A stretch of 64,000 nucleotides of DNA. It comes from Candidatus Latescibacterota bacterium (GTDB taxonomy: Bacteria > Latescibacterota > UBA2968). The notes below the pieces were generated by a model that was not told the origin of the DNA, searched no databases, and worked only from the letters and a program-made list of their open reading frames with translations. Positions 18,966 through 27,735 of the stretch are shown one piece after another (position 1 is the first letter of the stretch; every line of letters begins with the position of its first letter). A program made the translations under genes and the position numbers. The stretch spans positions 576,001-640,000 of the forward strand of contig OZ242311.1 of the NCBI GenBank assembly GCA_965207885.1. The letters run 5' to 3'.

Positions 18966-21900
18966 ATGGGCGGTCAAAAAGTTTTGTTTTTTATGTGGAT
19001 GTTCATTCTTTGCCTGAATGCCGAGGTTTTTGCGGGTGAGGCCAGGCAGGTGTGGACGTCCTTTCGGCAAGAAGATGGGCTGGCGCACAATGTGGTGACG
19101 GCTGTGTTGCAGACACCCGATGGGGCGATGTGGTTTGCCACGCTGGGTGGCGTGTCGCGCTATGATGGGCGTTCCTGGGAGAAGTACGGGGTTGAAGATG
19201 GGTTGCCGGGAAATGCTATTCAGGATCTGGTTGCCGCGCCCGATGGGGCATTGTGGGCTGCTGTGGGACGGGGTTTTGGTCGTGAAGCGCGACAGGGACT
19301 GGCTTATTTTTTTGGCGAGGAATGGAGGGGGATTGATCTGCCAGAAGAATTGAGGGGGCGAGGGGGCTTGCGCCAGATTTTGGGGCTGGATGGTGGTCGC
19401 TCCTGTCTGGTGACCGATGCAGGTCACTTGTTGCGCTTTGATGGCGCAGATCTTTATTTGGTAATGTTAGATGGTCAGCCGCTTCAAGGTGTTCAGAGCT
19501 TGATGGCTGACACGAATGGAAAAGTGTGGGTTGCTTATGGGGGGCGGGGGGGTAATGTTTTGTTTGGTCCTGGAATGGGACGGGGTGGACGAGGTGAACC
19601 GGGTGGCAGAGGCAGGCGCGGTGGTTTTAGGGGGGCAGACGGTCCTGATGGTGGTAGAGGGCGAGGTGAACCGGATGGTCGCGGGCGTGGTGGTTTGAGG
19701 GATATGGATGGTCCAGATGGCCGTGGTGGACGCGGTGAACCGGGTGGTCGTGGGCGTGGAGGGCGAGGTGGAAGACCTGACGAGTTTGAGCAGGGTATGG
19801 GGTTATTGGATGTGGATACGGGGGAATGGACTACGATAGCAGATATGGATAGTTTGAGCAATGTATCTGTGTGGGCGATGGCGCAAAGTGACGATGGCGC
19901 GCTCTGGTTTGGTACCGATGATGGCGGGCTTAAGCGGTATTATTCGGGACAATGGGAAACATTTACAACTGAGGACGGGTTGCCTTCTAATCGGGTGCAG
20001 GTGATTCGCTTTGCACAGGATGGAACGGTGTGGATTGGTACGCCGGCTGGCGCGGCTTTTCGAGATGCGGGCGGACAATGGCGAATTTTTACAGAGCGCG
20101 AGGGATTGCCCAATAGCTATGTGGTCGATATCTGTATTGCTGCCGATGGGGCAATTTGGGTTGGTACGCGCGGGGGGGTTGCGCGTTTGGGGCTTTCGGG
20201 GTGGTTGCACCACAGGAACTGGCCGGGGATGAATGATCGCGGTGCTTCGATTTTCGCGCTCGGTGAAAGCGGTCAGCTCTGGGTTGGCAATGATGCGATT
20301 TACAAATTTGAGCGGGGTTCCTGGCATGTGGCACATGGGTTAGACGATGTGCGCGGGCGTTTGATCGATTTGTTTGTCGATGGAAAAGGACACCTCTGGG
20401 CTGTAACGCCGTTTCAATTGTTGCGTTATGATGGCGAGGTATGGGAGGTGATAAGGCCCGATCGTCGAATGGGATTGGGATTTCGAGCCGTGTGCCCTGC
20501 ACAAGATGGCGGCGTGTGGGCAATTACGCGCTCAGGTGTTCAGCGATTCGATGGGCAGGTATGGACGGCTCTGTTTTCCTCACAGGGTCTGGCGCAGATA
20601 GAGAGCAATCCCGAAAGGTCCAGCATTTCGATTTGCGAGGCGAGCGATGGCAGTTTGTGGCTGGGGCAGGTGGATGGCGTGATGCATGTGGTGGATGGGG
20701 AGCAGCGAAAATACACGGCTGCTGATGGGATACCCGGTGGACCGATTACTGTGGTTGCCGAAGATATTGGTGGACAGATATGGATTAGTTCACTGCTTGA
20801 AGGGGTAGCGCATTTTAATGGGCAGAGGTGGCGGCGCGTGCCGGGCGCAGATGAGGCTCAGTTTAATGGGGTGAATCGGATATTTCCCGCCAATGATGGC
20901 AAGGTGTGGTTGGCTTCGCCGATTGATGGCGCGATTCACACCGATGGATTTGCCTGGGTGCGCTATACGATTCAAGAGGGGTTGCCGAGTACACAGGTTT
21001 GGGATGTGGCGCAAGATGCCGATGGTTTGTTGTGGTTTGCGACGTCTGATGGGTTGGGCTGTTATGATCCCGATGGCGATGCGCCCGAGACACTTCTTTT
21101 GGCTCCGCCAGTTCAAATTGCGCCGTATCAAAATGCGTTGTTTGAATTTTCGGGGCAGGATGTGTGGAAGCAGACGCCAGATGGGTCATTGCAATATTCA
21201 TGGCGGCTCGACGAGGGGGCGTGGTCCTCTTTTTCACGCAATAACCGGGTTTTGTTGGAGGACATCGATGCTGGTGGTCACACATTTGAAGTGCGCGCTA
21301 TGGATCTGGCTTTTAATGTGGATAAGACCCCCGCTGTGCAGGTGTTTGAGGTGTTGGCGCCTGTGTGGCAACGGCCCTGGTTTGTGGGGTTGAGTGGTGT
21401 TTCGTTGCTCATTGTGCTGGTCACGACGGGATATGCGTTTCAAAAGCACAAGCGCTGGCGCATAGCGCAGACGCAGTTGATCGATGAGTTGGAGACGGAA
21501 CTTCAGGAAGCCCACGATATGCAGATGGGTCTGTTGCCCCGAGATCCCGTGCGCGAGAGAGGGTTTGAGGTGGTGGGCAGGTGTTTGCCAGCCAATCACG
21601 TCGGTGGTGATTATTTTACGTATTTCTGGCTGGATGACGATCGGAAAATACTGGGGTTTGGAGCCGCAGATGTGTCGGGTAAGGCGATGCAGGGTGCTGT
21701 GCGGGCTATGCAATTGAGCGGGATGTTGCACTATGAGGTTCGCGCGGCACAGACGCCGATAGATGTGTTGCGGAATTTGAATGTTGTTTTGCAAGAGCAA
21801 TTTGATGCGGCGAGTTTTGTGACGTGCTGTTTGGGGACGCTGGACTTAGAGACCGGGGAGATCGTTTTGGCCAATTCCGGGCATCCCTATCCCTATCGGG

Positions 21901-22229
21901 TGTCTGTGGGCGGTGACTTGCAGATGATAGAATTGATGTCTGTGCCTCTGGGTATGACGTTGCCACCCGAGGTGGATACCGAGCCGAGAGAGGCGCGTGC
22001 GTTTTTGGATTTTGGCGATATGCTGGTGCTCTACAGCGATGGGGTGACGGATATGCAAAATGCCGCGGGAGAGTTTTACGAGGAGGCGCGGCTGGAGGTT
22101 TTGCTGAAAGAACACGCGGGCGCAAGTGCCGATGGTTTGATCGATACAGTGATCGATGATCTGGTTCGGTTTCGCGCGTCGGCGGCACAGACAGATGATG
22201 TGACGCTTCTGGTTATTAAGAGGCGTTAG
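18966..22229 (+). CDS. Membrane sensor: beta-propeller repeats, Ig-like (Y_Y_Y-type) domain, TM helix and SpoIIE/PP2C phosphatase
   Basis: DGL.xNxV and WFxTxxG repeats; TM segment; VGGDYF, ADVSGK, YSDG and DDVTL. Confidence 0.88.
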   Translation: MGGQKVLFFMWMFILCLNAEVFAGEARQVWTSFRQEDGLAHNVVTAVLQTPDGAMWFATLGGVSRYDGRSWEKYGVEDGLPGNAIQDLVAAPDGALWAAVGRGFGREARQGLAYFFGEEWRGIDLPEELRGRGGLRQILGLDGGRSCLVTDAGHLLRFDGADLYLVMLDGQPLQGVQSLMADTNGKVWVAYGGRGGNVLFGPGMGRGGRGEPGGRGRRGGFRGADGPDGGRGRGEPDGRGRGGLRDMDGPDGRGGRGEPGGRGRGGRGGRPDEFEQGMGLLDVDTGEWTTIADMDSLSNVSVWAMAQSDDGALWFGTDDGGLKRYYSGQWETFTTEDGLPSNRVQVIRFAQDGTVWIGTPAGAAFRDAGGQWRIFTEREGLPNSYVVDICIAADGAIWVGTRGGVARLGLSGWLHHRNWPGMNDRGASIFALGESGQLWVGNDAIYKFERGSWHVAHGLDDVRGRLIDLFVDGKGHLWAVTPFQLLRYDGEVWEVIRPDRRMGLGFRAVCPAQDGGVWAITRSGVQRFDGQVWTALFSSQGLAQIESNPERSSISICEASDGSLWLGQVDGVMHVVDGEQRKYTAADGIPGGPITVVAEDIGGQIWISSLLEGVAHFNGQRWRRVPGADEAQFNGVNRIFPANDGKVWLASPIDGAIHTDGFAWVRYTIQEGLPSTQVWDVAQDADGLLWFATSDGLGCYDPDGDAPETLLLAPPVQIAPYQNALFEFSGQDVWKQTPDGSLQYSWRLDEGAWSSFSRNNRVLLEDIDAGGHTFEVRAMDLAFNVDKTPAVQVFEVLAPVWQRPWFVGLSGVSLLIVLVTTGYAFQKHKRWRIAQTQLIDELETELQEAHDMQMGLLPRDPVRERGFEVVGRCLPANHVGGDYFTYFWLDDDRKILGFGAADVSGKAMQGAVRAMQLSGMLHYEVRAAQTPIDVLRNLNVVLQEQFDAASFVTCCLGTLDLETGEIVLANSGHPYPYRVSVGGDLQMIELMSVPLGMTLPPEVDTEPREARAFLDFGDMLVLYSDGVTDMQNAAGEFYEEARLEVLLKEHAGASADGLIDTVIDDLVRFRASAAQTDDVTLLVIKRR

Positions 22230-22278
22230 AAGTGTGAAGGTAGAAGTGTGAAGTAGGAAGAACCAGAGAATAGCGATT

Positions 22279-22309
22279 GTCATCGCGGCATGCTTAAAGC
22301 CGCGATCCA
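22279..22309 (+). repeat. Palindrome copy 5
   Basis: GTCATCGCGGCATGCTTAAAGCCGCGATCCA. Confidence 0.8.
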
Positions 22310-22340
22310 GGAGGTTTTTAGCTTTTGCGAGGGGGTTGGT

Positions 22341-24230
22341 ATGCGGATTTTTGTCGCGGTATGTGTTTTGATGGTGCTTCAGGGCAGTGTCGCATTGGCT
22401 CAGAATGAGGCTTCGTTTGGCGTGATGGTGGAGCCAAAAACGGCGCGTGTTGGGGAGGCTGTTGCGGTTTGGATTGATGTCGATCTTTCCGATGATTGGC
22501 ATATTTATTCGGCGACCACACCGCCGGGCGGTCCCTATCCCACGGAGATTGTGCTGTCGGGTGAGGCGTTTCGGCAAGTGGGGGCGGTGATTCAGCCCAG
22601 GCCCATTGTGGAGTACGATCCAAATTTTGAGATGAATGTGGAATATTACCACCCCAAAGTGCGGTTTGGGGTGCGGGCCGAGGTGGGTGAGGGGATGCCG
22701 GGCGAGCGGGTGCTGTCGGGTGAAGTGATCTATATGCTTTGCAATGCGACGCAGTGTTTGCCGCCCAATACGTACGCATTTGAGATTCCCGTGGTGGTGG
22801 AGGCGGGACCTGCGCGGGCGGAGTATGTGTTTTCTCCTGTTGAAGCGCCCGCTGTACCTCTGGATGGCACGGGTAGCGTGGCTGATGTTGAGCGTGCGAT
22901 TACAGAGGGTTTGAGCGCGTTTTTGTACCTGTCTTTGTGGATGGGTTTTCTGGCTTTGCTCACGCCGTGTGTGTTTCCGATGATTCCCATTACGGTGTCG
23001 TTTTTTACCAAGCAGGAAACGCAGAGTCGGAGGGAGTCTGTGACCAAGTCGCTGGCTTATTGCGGGGGTATTATTTTTACGTTTACCGGGTTGGGTATGG
23101 TGTTGGCGGCGACCCTGGGCGCTTCTGGTGCGGCTCTGTTTGCGGCCAATCCCTGGGTCAATTTGTTGATTACTGCGATTTTTGTGGCTTTTGCGCTGGC
23201 GTTGTTTGGGCTGTTTGAGATTCGATTGCCTTACGGTTTGCTCAATAGGTTGAACCAGGTTCAGGGGGGAAGTTATGGCGCGATTTTAATTATGGGGTTC
23301 ACGTTTTCTCTCACGTCGTTTACGTGTACTGCGCCTTTTGTGGGGACGCTGCTGGTGCTGACGGCTCAAGGAACGTGGGCGTGGCCCATTTTGGGCATGC
23401 TGGTATTTTCGGCTGCTTTTGCCTCTCCGTTTTTCTTTTTGGCACTTTTTCCGCAGTCGCTTTCTGCTCTGCCCCAAAGCGGTGGCTGGTTAAATTCCGT
23501 GAAGGTGGTGATGGGGTTTTTGGAATTGGCCGCTGCGTTGAAATTTTTGAGCAATGTCGATCTGGTGTGGCAGTGGGGTATTATTTCGCGCGAGGTCTTT
23601 ATTGCGGGGTGGATCGCGATCTTTTTGCTGTGTGGTTTCTATTTGTTGGGCAAGATCCGCTTGCCGCACGATTCTGTGCTGGATACGATTGGTCCGCTGC
23701 GTTTGCTGGCGAGTAGTGGGTGTTTGGCTTTTGGGCTGTATTTGATGACGGGTCTTTTTGGCGCACCCCTGGGCGAATGGGATGCATTTTTCCCGCCTTA
23801 TGGGAGTTATGGCGAAATTGCCAAGATAAGGAGCGGCGAACCCGAACTGACCTGGCGCGATGATTATGAAGCGGGTTTGGCAGAAGCAAAGACGACGGGC
23901 AAACCGGTATTTATCGATTTTACGGGCTATGCGTGTACGAATTGCCGCTGGATGGAGGCGAATATTTTTCCCGAAAAGGAGGTGCACGCATTGTTAAAGC
24001 AATTTGTACGGGTTCAGTTGTACACAGATGGACGGGGAGAAAAATACAAGCGCAATCGCGATTTGCAGGAGGATCATTTTGGTACGGTTGCTCTGCCTTT
24101 GTACGCGATTATGACACCCGAGGGAAAAGAGATTACGCATTTTCCGGGGATGACGCGCGATGTGGATATTTTTGTTCGCTTTTTGAAACAGGGAATCAGT
24201 CCGACAGTGGCGAGTGTGATCCGCAGATGA
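22341..24230 (+). CDS. dsbD: Thiol:disulfide interchange protein DsbD
   Basis: N-domain CNATQC, TM domain TPCVFP and FTCTAP, thioredoxin CTNC. Confidence 0.9.
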   Translation: MRIFVAVCVLMVLQGSVALAQNEASFGVMVEPKTARVGEAVAVWIDVDLSDDWHIYSATTPPGGPYPTEIVLSGEAFRQVGAVIQPRPIVEYDPNFEMNVEYYHPKVRFGVRAEVGEGMPGERVLSGEVIYMLCNATQCLPPNTYAFEIPVVVEAGPARAEYVFSPVEAPAVPLDGTGSVADVERAITEGLSAFLYLSLWMGFLALLTPCVFPMIPITVSFFTKQETQSRRESVTKSLAYCGGIIFTFTGLGMVLAATLGASGAALFAANPWVNLLITAIFVAFALALFGLFEIRLPYGLLNRLNQVQGGSYGAILIMGFTFSLTSFTCTAPFVGTLLVLTAQGTWAWPILGMLVFSAAFASPFFFLALFPQSLSALPQSGGWLNSVKVVMGFLELAAALKFLSNVDLVWQWGIISREVFIAGWIAIFLLCGFYLLGKIRLPHDSVLDTIGPLRLLASSGCLAFGLYLMTGLFGAPLGEWDAFFPPYGSYGEIAKIRSGEPELTWRDDYEAGLAEAKTTGKPVFIDFTGYACTNCRWMEANIFPEKEVHALLKQFVRVQLYTDGRGEKYKRNRDLQEDHFGTVALPLYAIMTPEGKEITHFPGMTRDVDIFVRFLKQGISPTVASVIRR

Positions 24231-24302
24231 CGCAGATGAACGCAGATAAAGACGAATGCAAAGAAAAAAGAGGAACTGGGGCTGGTTGGGAACTGATCGC
24301 TT

Positions 24303-25565
24303 CTATCGTGCCAGGCCGATAAATGTGCCCAGGACGAGGGCAACCACGCCGAGTAGTGATAGGAGAAGGGCGCCAATGGCGATGTGAAGCATTTTGGGTT
24401 CAAGGTGGTCGAGATAGGCTTCGAGTGTTTCGATGCCCGAGCGCATAGCGCGTTCGATGGGGTCGGGAAGGTGCTCGACAAAGGGTATTTTTCGTCGAGA
24501 GAGTTCGTCGATGTATTGAATATTTTTGATGTTGTGTCGGGCGTTGAAGGTGTGTTCGACAAATTTGCGGATTGCAAAACGGTGTACCGGGTCGTGAATT
24601 TCGGATAGGAGAAGGGTTTGTGATTCAATGGTGCTGGATAGTTTGAAGCAGTGTGTGGTCTTGTCGGGGTCGTCTGGGTCGGGGTCGAGTTCGCCTTTGA
24701 CAATGCGTCCCAATATGGTGAGGTCGTGATAGTTGAGGTAGTGATAGCGTCCGCCTTTTTCGCGGCCCAATAGGCTTTCAATGCGCTGGCGCAAGATGTC
24801 GGGGTCGTCTTTGCTCTGGCGGAGGTGTTCGGAAATTTTGGTGTTGAAGCATCGCGCATAAAATTTTAGAAAGTCCCGGACAACGGGCGAGGTATAACTG
24901 CCTTTGGCGTTGATGAGACGACGCACAAAGCCGAGGTAACGGGGATTTGTGTATAGTCGCGTAGCGATGTCGAATGAGCCTGTGGTGAGTGCAGTCGATT
25001 CGCGCATCTGTGATTTGATGGCGGCGTCGATTTGCACGCTCATCTGGATCAGTGCGACGTCTTCGTCGTCTTCGCGCACGATGGACCGGCTCGGGTCTTC
25101 GGGTTCGTCGCGGGCGAGAAAGGGTGTGGTTTCGTCCGAGGCAAAGCTGCCAAGCCCGCCTTCTATGCCCTGTCCGATCATGATTCGAGAAGCGGTTTCT
25201 TCAATTCGCGCTTCTATTTTTTTTGTGAGTTCTTCGGGGAGTTCTTCGTTCTGTTCGGGTACGAGGGCAGAGATGTTGTCTGCAAAGATTTGAACTTGAG
25301 ATTTGTTGTTGAATACATTGAGATAGGGTTGTTGCATGACTTCGGGCAACAGATGCTGTGTGAGGGTGTTGCCCCGCTGTCCTTTGAAGGCGGTGTAGAG
25401 TGCTTCGTGCAGTGAGGTGAAGGGGACCACGCGCGTTGCGACGAGTGCGCGGTCTGTGCCGTAGGTGAAGACGTAGAGGTTTTCCCAATAGCACTTGCGG
25501 TAGTATGGCCGGCCGGTTTTGGAGGAGAAAGCGAAGCGGTATTTTGGATCGACAATGCGTTCCAT
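24303..25565 (-). CDS. Hypothetical protein with a C-terminal membrane anchor
   Basis: Long ORF with AGGAGG RBS and a hydrophobic C-terminus. Confidence 0.75.
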   Translation of the reverse strand: MERIVDPKYRFAFSSKTGRPYYRKCYWENLYVFTYGTDRALVATRVVPFTSLHEALYTAFKGQRGNTLTQHLLPEVMQQPYLNVFNNKSQVQIFADNISALVPEQNEELPEELTKKIEARIEETASRIMIGQGIEGGLGSFASDETTPFLARDEPEDPSRSIVREDDEDVALIQMSVQIDAAIKSQMRESTALTTGSFDIATRLYTNPRYLGFVRRLINAKGSYTSPVVRDFLKFYARCFNTKISEHLRQSKDDPDILRQRIESLLGREKGGRYHYLNYHDLTILGRIVKGELDPDPDDPDKTTHCFKLSSTIESQTLLLSEIHDPVHRFAIRKFVEHTFNARHNIKNIQYIDELSRRKIPFVEHLPDPIERAMRSGIETLEAYLDHLEPKMLHIAIGALLLSLLGVVALVLGTFIGLAR

Positions 25566-25629
25566 CGGTTCCTCCTGGTGGAAATGGACGGTTTCTGAGT
25601 ACAATAATACGTTATTTTGAAAGGTAAAA

Positions 25630-27735
25630 ATGAATTATTTTCGGAGCAATCGGTTTCTCAATACGCTGCCCGATTGGGAAACGGGTGAGCCGATAGAAGG
25701 TGCGCTGGAAAATTATTTGCCGCGTGTGCGCGCTCTGTTGCATCGCATGGATAATCCCCAGGCGCGGTTTGACTCTGTTATTGTGGGGGGAACAAATGGC
25801 AAGGGGACGGTGAGTTATTTACTATCTGAGTTGTTGCGGGCAGCGGGTTTTCGCGTGGGGCTTTATACGTCGCCGCATTTGCACACGGTGCGCGAGCGGA
25901 TATGCGTTGATGGCGAGGTGCTCGCGCGCGATGTGTGGGCCGAAGGCGTCGCACATTTTTACGAGAAAAGCCGCGATTTTGAGCGCGAAGGCTGGGGTGC
26001 ATTTAGCAAGTTTGAGGCGCTCACGGTTTTGGCAACCCATCATTTTGCGCGGGCGAATGTGGATTGGGCTGTTTTTGAAGTGGGGCTGGGTGGACAATTT
26101 GACGCGACCAATGCGTGGGATTCAAAAGTTGCTGTGTTGACGGCTATTCATCTGGATCACGTGGATGTGTTGGGCAATACGCTGTGTGAGATTGCGGCGG
26201 ATAAGGTACATATTGCGCGTTCGGGAAGGCCGCTGTTTACGGGGTCAGGGCAGGCACCTGAGGTTTTGAAGGTGTTGGAAAGGGAATGTGCGCTTCGGGG
26301 TGCGGTGTTGCAGGTGGTCGATGAGGAAATGGACGATATGGCGGATCGACCGATTACTTTTCGGGAGAATGCCGCGCTGTCGGTTGCTGTGGCGCGTCAT
26401 ATTGTAGATGGGCGCGGGATGGTGTTGCCAGATGAGCGGGTGCGGGATGTGGTTTTGAATCTGGCTCTGCCCGGGCGCTTTGAGGTGGTTCGGAAGACGT
26501 TGATTTTAGATGGTGCCCACAATCCGGATGCGGTTCGCGCTTTGGTGCGCGATTTGCAAGTTCTATCGGATAAGTGGCGATTTGTGGTGGGTGTTAATAA
26601 GGGGCACGATGCACGGGGTATTTTGCAGGCACTTTCGCCCATAGCTGCCGAAGTTGTTTTGACGCAGTCGGCACATCCCAAAGCCATTTCTGTGGCGAGC
26701 TTGAGATCGCTGGTTCCAGAGGGGCTGTGCGTGCGGTGTGAGACTGGGGGATTGGATTTTTTGACTGAGGTGTCCCAACAGCCTACGTGCGTACTCGGGT
26801 CGCTGCATCTGGTGGCGTTGGCACGCGAGGTGTTGGATTTGCCCGGGGAGGCGGATAGTTTTGGCGAGGATGTGATTTTAGAGAGTTTGCGGTGTCTTGA
26901 AATCGCGTGTCGGCAGTTGGGCGTGGGATATGAGGCGGTGTCGGCAGATGGCAATGTGATTCGGGTGGAGAGAGAGGGAAAGCCGCTGTATTTTTTGCGA
27001 AATAAACATCCGTTTAACGATTATGTTTCTGGAAAATTGGCAGAAGATAAGGGGTATCAATACGAGGTGTTTGGTCGGGCGAATATCACAGTGCCCAGGA
27101 CGATGACGGTGTTCAATCCTCTATCTGACCGGCGGTTTGATCGGTATAAGACGCATGCTTCTGTGGCAGATATTGTGAGTGATGTGGTGCAACATATGTC
27201 TTTTCCAGTTGTGCTGAAACGCAATCGCGGATCTATGGCACGGGGCGTGTATTTGGAGACGAATGCAGAGGATTTGCATGCGCGCTTGCAAGACTTGTGT
27301 GTGGAAAGCAGCCTGTTTGACAATGTGTTGTTGATCCAGGCGTATGTTGAGGGTCCTGAGTATCGCATTGTGGGCAGTGAGGATGAGTTGTTGCTCGCAT
27401 ATCAAAAGCAAAATGATTCAGATATTGAGGGAGAGGACATCAATCCCCTGCATCGGGCGGGGGGCAGGGCAGTTGTGGTCGAGGATGAGGAATTATTGGC
27501 GGGTTTTCGCGCGTTGACACAGGCGTTAAATCGGGTGCTGGATTTGGGTTTTTACGCGATTGATTTGATCGTCAGTTCCAATGATTTTTTTGTTCTGGAA
27601 GTGAATCCCAATCCTATATGTCACTTTTACAATGCGGATAATGGACGAGGTGATTTTGTGCAGATTTATCAGTATCTGGTACGGAAGTATTTGCTGGGGG
27701 AGTGTCCTGAGTTGTTGGGGAGAAGAGAGGATTAG
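25630..27735 (+). CDS. FolC-like Mur-ligase-fold synthetase fused to a C-terminal ATP-grasp domain
   Basis: GTNGKGT, YTSPHL, EVGLGG.DATN and DGAHN, followed by FPVVLK.N.GS.ARGV, IQAYV.G.EYR and LEVNPNP. Confidence 0.85.
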   Translation: MNYFRSNRFLNTLPDWETGEPIEGALENYLPRVRALLHRMDNPQARFDSVIVGGTNGKGTVSYLLSELLRAAGFRVGLYTSPHLHTVRERICVDGEVLARDVWAEGVAHFYEKSRDFEREGWGAFSKFEALTVLATHHFARANVDWAVFEVGLGGQFDATNAWDSKVAVLTAIHLDHVDVLGNTLCEIAADKVHIARSGRPLFTGSGQAPEVLKVLERECALRGAVLQVVDEEMDDMADRPITFRENAALSVAVARHIVDGRGMVLPDERVRDVVLNLALPGRFEVVRKTLILDGAHNPDAVRALVRDLQVLSDKWRFVVGVNKGHDARGILQALSPIAAEVVLTQSAHPKAISVASLRSLVPEGLCVRCETGGLDFLTEVSQQPTCVLGSLHLVALAREVLDLPGEADSFGEDVILESLRCLEIACRQLGVGYEAVSADGNVIRVEREGKPLYFLRNKHPFNDYVSGKLAEDKGYQYEVFGRANITVPRTMTVFNPLSDRRFDRYKTHASVADIVSDVVQHMSFPVVLKRNRGSMARGVYLETNAEDLHARLQDLCVESSLFDNVLLIQAYVEGPEYRIVGSEDELLLAYQKQNDSDIEGEDINPLHRAGGRAVVVEDEELLAGFRALTQALNRVLDLGFYAIDLIVSSNDFFVLEVNPNPICHFYNADNGRGDFVQIYQYLVRKYLLGECPELLGRRED

